DNA of 64,000 nucleotides from a candidate division FCPU426 bacterium (GTDB taxonomy: Bacteria; Oederibacteriota; Muellerivitia; Muellerivitales; Muellerivitaceae). Each line of letters starts with the position of its first letter. Position 1 is the first letter of the stretch. Of the stretch, positions 11,478 to 20,857 are shown piece after piece. Made by a program: the position numbers and the translations under genes. Under the pieces are notes generated by a model that did no database searches, was not told the DNA's origin, and saw only the letters and a list, made by a program, of their open reading frames with translations. Location of the stretch: assembly GCA_963796105.1 (NCBI GenBank), contig CAWCKJ010000012.1, positions 160,001-224,000 of the forward strand, read 5' to 3'.

Positions 11478-11733
11478 CCATCGCTGATTTTCTTTTTTCA
11501 GTACCTTTCCAGGCACTGTTACGACTGCCTTAACGTTAGATGCGTCTGGTACCCTAGTGATGTTAGAAAGAAAAATCGTTACCAAAGGTATAAAACCACA
11601 AAAAAATGCTGATCCAAGAAGCCAAAGTAACTGATCTGGATGAGTTTTTCCCGCAATCTCCTGACCGGGCATTCATTGAAATTCAGGGCCCGTTTGCCCT
11701 GAATCCTTTTTTAGAGTTGAATCTTTCTGAATC

Positions 11734-12150
11734 CTAAATCGGCTTGATCCAGGTAAAGCGGGAACGCTGGGAGAGAAGGTCGGGGTCGGCGCTCAACAGG
11801 GAAATCCCGCGCAAGTCGGCCAAAACCAGGTAAGCGGCGTCGTAAGCAGACAAACCGTGCCGCAAACAGGCCTCCAGGACGGCCGTGCGGCTTTCCCCAT
11901 CCATGGGAACAATCTCCACGGGTACTTGGGAAAGCAGGTGAACGGCTTTCTTGGCCTCATGTTCCCCCATCCGCCGACGCGCCACGGCTCCCCGCAGGAC
12001 GTTCAGGATTTCATATTCCCAAAGGGCCGGTTCCACCAGGCGGGTGCGGCCCTCCAACACTTCCTTCAGGAGTTTTTCGGAAGCGGGTGTGGCCTCATCG
12101 GGGATGAACCAAGAGGCGGAAACGGATGCGTCAATGACAGTATCCCTCAA
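11734..12150 (-). CDS. vapC: VapC family PIN-domain toxin
   Basis: VIDASV...E..N...YDAAYLVLA...SAD acidic PIN signature; overlaps the antitoxin by 4 nt. Confidence 0.9.
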   Translation of the reverse strand: MRDTVIDASVSASWFIPDEATPASEKLLKEVLEGRTRLVEPALWEYEILNVLRGAVARRRMGEHEAKKAVHLLSQVPVEIVPMDGESRTAVLEACLRHGLSAYDAAYLVLADLRGISLLSADPDLLSQRSRFTWIKPI

Positions 12151-12407
12151 TGCTTGCGCCCTTCCCGGATTAGATCCACGGCCTTAAGGCGGGGCTTCTT
12201 TTTAAAGGAATCGCGCAATTCCCGGAAACCGGTGATGATCCGTTCTGATTTCTCCCGGGACAATTTGCCCTCATGTCGTTCGAAGGAAAGCAGGACGGCG
12301 GCTTTCCGGCCCCTTTTCAGGATCACGAATTCCCCGCCCTTCTTCTGAACTTCCGAAATGTAATGGGATAACCTTGTTTTGGCCTCGAAGGTCCCGATGG
12401 TTTTCAC
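12147..12407 (-). CDS. Phd/YefM family antitoxin (VapB role)
   Basis: MKTIGTFEAKTRLS...FVILKRGRKAAVL Phd N-terminal signature; upstream of the PIN toxin. Confidence 0.9.
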   Translation of the reverse strand: MKTIGTFEAKTRLSHYISEVQKKGGEFVILKRGRKAAVLLSFERHEGKLSREKSERIITGFRELRDSFKKKPRLKAVDLIREGRKH

Positions 12408-12996
12408 GTTTTTCTCCCAACAGACTAGATGAACCTACCAGTTCAGTATAAACAAAAACCCCCGCTTTTCAAGCGGTTCAGGGGGTAAACCAGGGATTAT
12501 ATGTTCAAGAAATTTGAAAGTTCAGGGTCTTTCTTAAGAAAAGGATAAACCAAACGTTGCAATTTGGTTTTGTATTCCTCACAACAGCAAACACACCTTA
12601 ATTTTATAGTGTCTTTATCCAAGGGTTCTTACTCGACACGGATAAGTTCGGGTGTCTTTTTATGGGTGATAAATGGGTAAGATATTAGTGAAATGAAGGT
12701 GAATATATTGGGGTAATTTTAAAAGTAATCGGTATGTTTTTTAAAAAGTAAAACTGAATTTTCGTAAAAATGTATTTCTTGGACTTAATTACTTTGCTTT
12801 AAGTTCATTCCAGCTTTTCACATCAAATAACACTATTTCTCCGGGTTTCTCGCCTAATTCCCCATTAAGTTTAACTTCAATGGTTGCGGGCAGGGCTACC
12901 GGCATCTAGGGCGTAGGGGGGCATACCCCCCGAAGCCTGAGCGTAGGGGGGCTTACCGCCCAACTGAACCATGTAATCGGACGACGTAAGTTTCCA

Positions 12997-13371
12997 ATAC
13001 TGGGTTGTACTGGGTTGCCAGCCTCCAATACTGGGTTGAGCCACCCCATACTAGGTTGTACTGGGTTGAGCCCTCTCATACTGGGTTGTACTGGGTTGCT
13101 AGCCTCCAATACTGGGTTGAGCCACCCCATACTAGGTTGTACTGGGTTGCCGCCTCCCATACTGGGTTGTACTGGGTTGAGCCTCCAATACTGGGTTGAG
13201 CCGCCCCATACTGGGTTGTACTGGGTTGCTGGCTCAAATACTGGGTTGAGTCCCCCCATACTGGGTTGTACTGGGTTGCTAGCCTCCAATACTGGGTTGA
13301 GCCACCCCATACTAGGTTGTACTGGGTTGCCAGCCTCCAATACTGGGTTGAGCTCTCCCATACTGGGTTGT
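12997..13371. repeat. Tandem array of a TACTGGGTTG core (left part, 23 cores)
   Basis: Units ATACTGGGTTG-TACTGGGTTG-[8-10 nt]-(ATACTGGGTTG-[9 nt]) of 51,30,51,30,49,50,51,51 bp, then cut by the IS21. Confidence 0.97.
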
Positions 13372-13549
13372 TTCATAATCCAACGAAAGCGCGCATTCCC
13401 TCCAATTAAATCCGCGCACTAAATCCAATCCAAAGCGCGCATTTAGAAGGTGTTCGACGCGGGGTTATTCTGGTTTTAAATTCCTTTGACTGATTTATTA
13501 ATTTCCGATGCTACACGGCCAAGAACCAATTCTGAAAGAAGAAAATGGT

Positions 13550-14299
13550 TTAGCCGTCAGGGTTGGCCTGGATTTTACGATTTTTCCGCATGGATTCTCC
13601 TTTCAAGACGATGGAATGGGAGTTGTGGATTAGCCGGTCAAGAATGGCGTCAGCTAAAGTCGGGTCTCCGATGATTTCGTGCCAATGGCTTGGCGGGACT
13701 TGGGAAGTTACCAAGGTGGATCGCCGGTCATATCGGTCCTCCAATATCTCAAACAAGTCCTTGCGTTGCTCATCGGTGAGAACCGCCGTTCCCCAATCGT
13801 CCAGGATCAAAAGGTCATAGTGGGAGAAGGAGACGAGGATTTTCCCATATCGTCCATCCGCCTTGGCCAGGGCCAAGTCTTGGAAAAGTTTGGGAACCCT
13901 CAAGTAAAGAACGTGGAACCCTTCACGGCAGCCCTGGTGCCCCAGGGCACAGGCTAGGTAGCTCTTTCCACAGCCCGTGGGCCCTGTAATCAGGCAGTTG
14001 TCATGGGATCGAAGCCAAGCGCAGGATGCCAGTGACAGGATTTTCGCCTTGTCTAGACCGCGGGGCTGTTGGTAATCCACGTCCTCCATCGTTGCCGGAA
14101 GACGTAGTTTCGCCCTTTGCAGCCTGGCGGTGAGGCGGCTGTTGGATCTCATCATCTCCTCCCGGTCCAACAACAAAGCGAACCTTTCCTCGAAACTCAA
14201 GGAACTGCATTCAGGATTTTCCATCTGCTCTTGCAGGGCCTTGAGCATGCCGGGCAATCTCAGTTGATAAAGCTTGTCCAGGGTAGGGTGTTGAAGCAT
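13550..14299 (-). CDS. istB: IS21 helper AAA+ ATPase IstB
   Basis: GPTGCGKSYLACALG, LLILDDWG, ADAILDRLIH, GESMR. Confidence 0.96.
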   Translation of the reverse strand: MLQHPTLDKLYQLRLPGMLKALQEQMENPECSSLSFEERFALLLDREEMMRSNSRLTARLQRAKLRLPATMEDVDYQQPRGLDKAKILSLASCAWLRSHDNCLITGPTGCGKSYLACALGHQGCREGFHVLYLRVPKLFQDLALAKADGRYGKILVSFSHYDLLILDDWGTAVLTDEQRKDLFEILEDRYDRRSTLVTSQVPPSHWHEIIGDPTLADAILDRLIHNSHSIVLKGESMRKNRKIQANPDG

Positions 14300-14320
14300 A
14301 CGTCCTCCTTGTGATTGATT

Positions 14321-15868
14321 TCAAAGCTGGTAATAGGCCGATCCCCGTACGTTGTCGTGCAGGGGAAGGGGTAAACACACCACTTGGCTTTCCAAGGGAC
14401 GCTGATCCAGGCCGGTCTTGAGGATGGACTGGATGCTCCTTCGGGAAACAGCGTTGGAAGCCAAAGCGCGCGAGCAGGCGGCGTTGAGCCTCGCCGCGCC
14501 GAACTGCTTGGAAAGTTGGATAAGTCCCAGACAGGCCCGGTAACCCTGCTGGGGATGAACTTTGGAAGCCAATATCTGTTCCACGCATTTCTCGACTGAA
14601 TCCCCCAGCGAATGAGCCCAGCGCAAAAGTCTTTCGGGGCTCCAATCCCCGTAGTCCTTGTGATTCTTGGGCATATGGTCCTTGCAGGTAGTGTGATAGC
14701 CTTTCACGAAGGACCGTAAATGGCTGGCCACCCGCTTGTGTTGGTGGAAACATTCCACGATGGAGGATGTGGTTCGAACCCAAATACTTTGGCCGACCAA
14801 TTGGTAGGGAATGCTGTAATAGTGTCGGTCGATTTCGACGTGGTAGTCGATATGCACCCGGGCTTGTTTCCATTGGGCGAAGTCGTAGGGAACCTCAGGA
14901 AGAGGCTTCAAAAGGGGCTTTTCCAGCTCCTCAAAGAGGGACTTTCGGGAACCGGGAATCTTCTGGAAGGGTTTGGCATTGAACTTCACCAAAAGCTCGG
15001 CGATGGCCTCGTTGAGGTCGGCGAGGGAGAAAAATTGCCGGTGGCGAAGAACCGCTAGGATTTGACGCTCGATATCCTGAACGCCTTTTTCTACCTTGGC
15101 CTTGTCCCTTGGTTTTCGGACCCGGGCCGGAAGGATGGCAGTACCGTAATGGTTGGCGAGTTCCTGGTAGGTGGCATTGGGTTGGGGCTCATAGCGGCAA
15201 GGACGGGTAATGCCGCTTTTGAGATTGTCGGGAACTATCAACTCGTGGATACCACCGAAGAATCTGAAAGCCCTTTGGTGGGAGGCGATCCAATCTGGAA
15301 GTCCCTGGGTCCAGGTGGCCTCGGCATAGGCGTAATTACTGGCGCAGGACACGGCCACGAAGATTTGGGCTTCACGAATTTCCCCGGTCAAGCGATCCAC
15401 AACGGGCATGGTTAGGCCGGCGTAATCGACCATTAACTTTTCACCGGCCTTGTGGTCCAACCGCATGGAAACATCCAAGGTTTGGGTCCAGTCCCGGTAG
15501 AGCCCGAAGAAACGGCTTCGCAGGTATCCATCGGGATGGATATTCTTGTACTCTTGCCACAAGAGCTCCATGGTAACGCCCTTGCGTTTAAGTTCCTGGT
15601 GGATTTGATTCCAGGTGGGCAGGGGTCTGGATTTATTTCTGGGTTCGATGGGACCCGAGGGGAATAGTCGTGTTTCCAACGTGGCATCGTCCAAATCGGC
15701 TGGAAGCGGCCAAACCAACCCGGCTTTCTGCGCCCTGATGATATATTCCCGAACAGTTGTTTCGCCTAGTCCACAGCCTCGGGCAATATTTCGAAGACTC
15801 AGCCCCTTCTCGTACTTCAACCGCAATACTTCCCTGATTTGACGCATGGATGAACGCTCCCTTGGCAT
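14321..15868 (-). CDS. istA: IS21 DDE transposase IstA
   Basis: N-terminal HTH, VDYAG, VPDNLKSG, PRDKAKVE, HDNVRGSAYY; ATG 15868 with AAGGAGG RBS. Confidence 0.96.
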   Translation of the reverse strand: MPRERSSMRQIREVLRLKYEKGLSLRNIARGCGLGETTVREYIIRAQKAGLVWPLPADLDDATLETRLFPSGPIEPRNKSRPLPTWNQIHQELKRKGVTMELLWQEYKNIHPDGYLRSRFFGLYRDWTQTLDVSMRLDHKAGEKLMVDYAGLTMPVVDRLTGEIREAQIFVAVSCASNYAYAEATWTQGLPDWIASHQRAFRFFGGIHELIVPDNLKSGITRPCRYEPQPNATYQELANHYGTAILPARVRKPRDKAKVEKGVQDIERQILAVLRHRQFFSLADLNEAIAELLVKFNAKPFQKIPGSRKSLFEELEKPLLKPLPEVPYDFAQWKQARVHIDYHVEIDRHYYSIPYQLVGQSIWVRTTSSIVECFHQHKRVASHLRSFVKGYHTTCKDHMPKNHKDYGDWSPERLLRWAHSLGDSVEKCVEQILASKVHPQQGYRACLGLIQLSKQFGAARLNAACSRALASNAVSRRSIQSILKTGLDQRPLESQVVCLPLPLHDNVRGSAYYQL

Positions 15869-16072
15869 TCCGACCTCCTTGGTTTTGGAACAACCAAAAA
15901 AGGCCAAGAATAACCCTGTTGAAGGTTATCCCGCATCGTTCGCCCTCCCTTCAAACCCTAGAAATAGCTTTCTAGGGGTGCACGCTTTCGATTGGATTAG
16001 GTGCGCGCTTTGGATTGGATTTAGTGCGCGGATTCGATTGGATTGGGTGCGCGCTTTCAATTGGAATATGCA

Positions 16073-16256
16073 GTTGTACTGGGTTGCCACCTCCAATACT
16101 GGGTTGAGCCCTTTCATACTGGGTTGTACTGGGTTGCTAGCCTCCCATACTGGGTTGAGCCCACCCCATACTGGGTTGTACTGGGTTGAGCCTCCCATAC
16201 TGGGTTGAGCCCACCCCATACTGGGTTGTACTGGGTTGAGCCTCCAATACTGGGTT
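16073..16256. repeat. Tandem array of a TACTGGGTTG core (right part, 11 cores)
   Basis: Continues the left array in register once the IS21 and one GTTGT copy are removed. Confidence 0.97.
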
Positions 16257-16259
16257 TGG

Positions 16260-16478
16260 AGCATCGGCCATACCGACGGTGATCCGGGCCATGCCGACGG
16301 TGATCCGGCATCGGACGACGGAAAACCCACCATCGGACGAAGGAAATCCCGATCCCGGATGGCGGAAACTTCGGCTCTGGATGGTGGGAACCCGACCCCG
16401 GATGGCGGAAAACACGGCACTGGATGGTGGGTACCCCCACACCAGATGGCGGAAACACCCGGCATGTCGCCGAAAACC
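16260..16478. repeat. Degenerate ~21-bp-period tandem repeat (CCGACGGTGATCC / GGATGGCGGAAA / GGATGGTGGG)
   Basis: About 9-10 diverging units directly adjoining the 10-bp array. Confidence 0.75.
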
Positions 16479-16528
16479 TTGATAATTTAAAATTCAACAT
16501 TCAAAATTTAAAATTCCAGTTCTTTGGG

Positions 16529-17134
16529 CTATCTGGTCCGGTATAGCGCCTTGGGCTCTTCCAAATATCCGATCCTGCGTTTAGCTTTTTCGGGGACTTT
16601 CATCAGTTCCCTTATGGCGTCAAATACAGCCTGAAATTGGGCATCGTGGGTATTGAACTTTTTTTCCAATTCCTCCAACCGCTTGGCAAAATCCTTGTTA
16701 GCGGCCAATTTTCCCCTCATCCGTACAAAAGCTCTTACGACAAAGACGCTCATATCTACAGCCTGCATGCTGTTTAATACATTGGCGGCCATAATGGCGC
16801 CATATTCGGTAAAAACATAAGGGAGAGTGCGGGAAAACCTGAGGTTCTTAAGGTGGTCACAATTTGTGATCACCTCGGTCTTTTCGAACGAAGTCAACCG
16901 GAAAACAAAATCTTCTGGAAAACGGCTCACATTGCGTTTTATGGCCTGGTTCAATGCTTTAGTGGAAACCCCGTAAAGTCGCGCTAAATCCGCATCCGTT
17001 ATGACACGCTGATTTCGAATATTAAGAATAAAAGATTCAACATAAACCGTTATGTTCTTACCCAATTTGTTTTTTATAAAACACCTCCTGTTTAACACCA
17101 ACTTGAAATCACAAACTGTGATTTCAAGTGCCAA
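16529..17134 (-). CDS. ORF6N domain DNA-binding protein
   Basis: IRNQRVITDADLARLYGVSTKALNQAIKRNVSRFPEDFVFRLT and PYVFTEYGAIMAANVLNS; true start probably nearer TTG 17065. Confidence 0.9.
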   Translation of the reverse strand: MALEITVCDFKLVLNRRCFIKNKLGKNITVYVESFILNIRNQRVITDADLARLYGVSTKALNQAIKRNVSRFPEDFVFRLTSFEKTEVITNCDHLKNLRFSRTLPYVFTEYGAIMAANVLNSMQAVDMSVFVVRAFVRMRGKLAANKDFAKRLEELEKKFNTHDAQFQAVFDAIRELMKVPEKAKRRIGYLEEPKALYRTR

Positions 17135-17632
17135 ATTGGCATTTCAAACTCTCGAACCCCTTTAATAATCATACGGACTGTGGATATTTTAAAAGCGGTA
17201 TTTCGGGGGGGCTATAAAAAAAGGCTTTTGGCGGGAAAAAGTTTCACCTGGCTTTATTTCTGGCCTTAAAAAGGGGGGAGAAAAAAAGGGCCTGAATTAG
17301 GCCGGTTGAAAGAACGGCAGTGGATTTACCCACCAATCAACCACACCTGCCGTGAGCCCACACGGCGAACGGCAAGATTTGGTTGTACCAACTGCCATAA
17401 GCAGTTGGTACAAGTTGATTGGTGACGGTTGGTAATGGCTTGCAAATGGCCTTACGAATAGCTTTCCATAAACCATTTGTGGTGTCGGGCGAATTACCCG
17501 ACCAATTGGAATGCAATTGGTATGCGGGAAGTTCAAAGATGGGCGTTGGGTGGGAAATGGCTCAATGGACTAAAGTGATGAATGTTCCCTGCACCAAGCT
17601 GGGGGCTTGGTGCCAGGCCCCTTTATTTTTCC

Positions 17633-20600
17633 TTATCCCACCCAATGATCCGCCAGCACTTCCGCCTGTTTGAGCACGGTTTCGACGGCTTTTTCCTGCT
17701 TGTCCGGCGGGTAGCCGTATTTGTTCAAGGTACGGCGCACAATCACCATAAGCTTGGCTCGGGCGCTTTCCTTCATGGCCCAATCGATGGTGGCGTTGGA
17801 CCGGACTTTGTCGGCGATCTCACGGGCAAGATTGAGCAGCACCTCCCTGCCCAGGCCCTTTACCGCGCTGTCGTTGACTTCCAACGCCGTGTAGAACGCG
17901 AACTCGTCCTTGCTCAGTTTCAGCTTTTCGGCAAGGCCATCCACGGTTCGGATCTGCCGGGCGATGGCCACCAGTTCCTCGATGATCTCCGCGGTTGAAA
18001 GCAGGTTGTTCTGGTATTTTTTAATGGAGGTCTCCAGCATTTCCAAAAGCCTCCGGCCTTCCACCACGTTGAACTTAAGCCGCGCCTGGATCTCGTCGTT
18101 CAGTATCCTCTTCAACAGCTCGAGTGCCAGGTGCTTGTGCCCCATTTTCTTGACATCCAGGAGAAATTCCTCGGACAGCAATGAAATCTCGGGTTTCTTG
18201 AGTCCGGCCGCGTCGAAAACGTCGACCACCCCGGTGGACTCAACCGCCTGGTTGATGATCTGCCGGATGGCCGTCTCATGGGACTGCCGTCCGCCGCCGT
18301 CGCCCGCCTCAAATTTGAGGAAGCGCGCCCGAACCGCCTGGAAGAAGGCTATCTCGTCCGTAAGCTTCAAGGCCTCTTCATGGGGCACTGCCAGAGCGAA
18401 CAGGCGGGAAAGCGCCGTGGATTCGCGGATAAAGCGGTTCTTGCCGTCGGGCAGGCCCAGGATGAACTCCTCGGCCCTAAGGATCAACGACAGGCGCTCC
18501 GAGACGCCGACCTTGAAGAAACGCATGTAGTCCATCCCGTGGAACATCTGGCGGACCACCTCCATTTTCTCCCGCAACGCTTCCACGGCTTTGGCCTGCG
18601 TGTCCGCCGGGGTCCCCTTGCCGCCCGCGTCGGCGTAAAACTTCATGGCCTCCTTGAGCGCGGAGCCGATGCCGATGTAGTCGACGATCAGGCCGCCGGC
18701 CTTGTCCAGGTAAACCCGGTTCACCCGGGCGATGGCCTGCATGAGGGTGTGCCCCTTCATGGGCTTATCAATGTAAAGCGTATCCAGGCAGGGCACGTCG
18801 AAGCCGGTCAGCCACATGTCCCGAACAATGACCAGCTTCAGGGGATTCTTGGGATCTTTCAACCGGTCGGCCAAGGCCTTGCGCCGTTCCTTGGTGGTGC
18901 GGTGCCAAGCCGGGATCACCAGTCCGGTTGGGTCTTCGGCGTCGAACTCCAGCTTGTCGGATGAAGCTGATGTCATGACTACCTTGATCGTGCCCTTCGC
19001 AGGGTCCTCATTGTGCCATTCCGGCCGCAGACGGATAATCTCGTCATAAAGCGCCACGGCGATGCGCCGACTCATGGCGACGATCATGGCCTTGCCGTCA
19101 AAGGCCTCATTGCGCTTTTCAAAGTGGGTGATGATGTCCTGGGCAAGATTCCCCAGGCGGGCCGGATTACCGGCGATGGCCTCCAGCTTGGTCCACCTGG
19201 CTTTGGCCCTCACGAAGTCCGAGGCGCCCTCATCATCCGTCTCCTGGTCGAATTCCTCGACCAGCCGGCGGCCTTCCTCGTTTAAGTTCACCTTGGCCAA
19301 CCGGCTTTCGTAATAGATGGGGACGGTAGCGCCATCCTCTACCGCCTGGCGGATATGGTAGATGTCGATGTAGTTACCGAAGACCTGGGGCGTGTTGACG
19401 TCGGTGCCTTCCACCGGGGTACCGGTGAAGCCGATGAAGGAGGCGCCCGGCAGGGCATCCCGGATGTATTTGGCGAAACCGTAGGCGATCCGCTTGCCCG
19501 CCACCGCGCCGGAGGCGTCCTTCGTGTCGATGAAATGGGCCTCAAAACCGTACTGGGTCCGGTGCGCCTCGTCGGCGATCACAACGATGTTGCGGCGGGC
19601 GGACAGTTCGTCGTAAGCGGCGGCCTGGCCTTCCGGAAGGAATTTCTGGATGGTGCTGAAGATGACGCCGCCCGAGGCGACCTTCAACAGGCCCTTCAAA
19701 TGCTCCCGGTACTCGGCCTGCACCGGCACCTGGCCCAGCAGGCTTTTCGAGGCCGCGAAGGTGTCAAAGAGCTGCTGGTCCAGGTCGTTGCGGTCCGTGA
19801 TCACCAGCAGGGTGGGGTTGTCCATCTCGTGGATAAGTTTTCCCGCGTAAAAGACCATCGAAAGGCTCTTGCCCGAACCCTGGGTATGCCATACCACGCC
19901 GGCTTTGCGGTTGCCCCCCTCGGCCGAGGCCCTGCGCGTGCTTTCCACAGCCTTGTTGACGGCGTAATACTGGTGATAGGCCGCGATTTTCTTGGTGGTC
20001 TGGATCTGGGTGAGACCGGTCTTAGGGTCCGTCTTTTTGTCCTTCTCAAAGACGATGAAGTTCCGGATCAAATCAAGCAAAACCCGCTTGTTCAGCATGC
20101 CCTGGATGAGCACGCCCAGTTGGCTGGCGGTGGAAGGGGGGGCCCCCAGCCCGTCCGCGCTTTTCCAGGCCATGAAGCGGCTGAAGTTGGAGGAGATTGT
20201 GCCGGCTTTGGCCTCCAGGCCGTCCGAGACCACGCAGAAGGCGTTGTAGTAAAACAGGGTGGGAATGGTGGCCAAGTAGGTCTGGATCTGGTCGAAGGCT
20301 CGACGCAGGGTGGCCTGGGCATCCGCCGGGTTCTTCAACTCCACCAGCACAAGGGGCAGTCCATTCACGTAAAGCAGAACATCCGGACGCTTCTTTTGGT
20401 TCCGCTCCTCAACGGTCAGCTGGTTGACCGCGAAAAAGTGGTTGTTCTCGGGATTCTTGAAATCCAACAGCCAAACCCGCTCATCTCGCTCCACACCGTC
20501 CTTCACCAGCGTGACGGGCACCCCTTCCACCAACATCCGGTGGAAGGCTTCGTTCGCGTCAATTAATTGCGGCGAATAGACCGCCAGTACCACCCGCAGG

Positions 20601-20857
20601 GCGTCCTCATGCGCCGCCGCCGGCAGGGCTTGATTCAGGCGCCCGATCGCCTGGGTCAGGCTGTCCCGGAGCACCACCTCCTCAAAGTTGGGCCGTCTCC
20701 CTGGTTGTCCGTCCCCAAAAGGCGCAACCGCCTCAGCCACGACAAAGCCTGCCGTTTCTTCGGGTGCCAACGATGGGCCTGGAACACAGGTGTATCGCTG
20801 TTTCTTCAGTTCTTCGAGGGAATAGACCTCGATCTCCGACTCAACAAAGGCGCTCAT
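17633..20857 (-). CDS. hsdR: Type I restriction enzyme R subunit
   Basis: RPDVLLYVNGLPLVLVELK nuclease, WHTQGSGKS Walker A, DEAHR, MWLTGFDVP, QAIARVNR. Confidence 0.97.
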   Translation of the reverse strand: MSAFVESEIEVYSLEELKKQRYTCVPGPSLAPEETAGFVVAEAVAPFGDGQPGRRPNFEEVVLRDSLTQAIGRLNQALPAAAHEDALRVVLAVYSPQLIDANEAFHRMLVEGVPVTLVKDGVERDERVWLLDFKNPENNHFFAVNQLTVEERNQKKRPDVLLYVNGLPLVLVELKNPADAQATLRRAFDQIQTYLATIPTLFYYNAFCVVSDGLEAKAGTISSNFSRFMAWKSADGLGAPPSTASQLGVLIQGMLNKRVLLDLIRNFIVFEKDKKTDPKTGLTQIQTTKKIAAYHQYYAVNKAVESTRRASAEGGNRKAGVVWHTQGSGKSLSMVFYAGKLIHEMDNPTLLVITDRNDLDQQLFDTFAASKSLLGQVPVQAEYREHLKGLLKVASGGVIFSTIQKFLPEGQAAAYDELSARRNIVVIADEAHRTQYGFEAHFIDTKDASGAVAGKRIAYGFAKYIRDALPGASFIGFTGTPVEGTDVNTPQVFGNYIDIYHIRQAVEDGATVPIYYESRLAKVNLNEEGRRLVEEFDQETDDEGASDFVRAKARWTKLEAIAGNPARLGNLAQDIITHFEKRNEAFDGKAMIVAMSRRIAVALYDEIIRLRPEWHNEDPAKGTIKVVMTSASSDKLEFDAEDPTGLVIPAWHRTTKERRKALADRLKDPKNPLKLVIVRDMWLTGFDVPCLDTLYIDKPMKGHTLMQAIARVNRVYLDKAGGLIVDYIGIGSALKEAMKFYADAGGKGTPADTQAKAVEALREKMEVVRQMFHGMDYMRFFKVGVSERLSLILRAEEFILGLPDGKNRFIRESTALSRLFALAVPHEEALKLTDEIAFFQAVRARFLKFEAGDGGGRQSHETAIRQIINQAVESTGVVDVFDAAGLKKPEISLLSEEFLLDVKKMGHKHLALELLKRILNDEIQARLKFNVVEGRRLLEMLETSIKKYQNNLLSTAEIIEELVAIARQIRTVDGLAEKLKLSKDEFAFYTALEVNDSAVKGLGREVLLNLAREIADKVRSNATIDWAMKESARAKLMVIVRRTLNKYGYPPDKQEKAVETVLKQAEVLADHWVG

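Larger units (their letters stand above)
13372..16072 (-). mobile_element. IS21-family insertion sequence (istA-istB), 2701 bp
   Basis: istA/istB pair; ends with multiple ~23-bp repeats (AATCCAATCGAAAGCGCGCA-like) in inverted orientation; 5-bp target duplication GTTGT at 13367-13371 and 16073-16077. Confidence 0.95.

Noticed and set aside
12789..12905. 38-aa minus-strand ORF (MPVALPATIEVKLNGELGEKPGEIVLFDVKSWNELKAK)
   Set aside because: Could be a gene remnant, but it has no RBS or recognisable family.
12906..13422. Repeat-protein ORFs (NPVQPSMG / YWVEPP) over the array, also 15926-16500
   Set aside because: The repeat lacks stops in several frames on both strands, units of 49/50/52 bp shift frame, and some predicted starts lie inside the IS end.
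12997..16256. CRISPR array or TIGR-type guide array
   Set aside because: Linkers are only 8-10 nt and are variants of each other rather than unique spacers; unit length is irregular; no cas or Nop-domain gene is recognisable nearby.
17306..17425. Short plus-strand frame containing CxxCH (CTNCH)
   Set aside because: No signal peptide or RBS; the motif falls in a perfect DNA hairpin and is probably coincidental.
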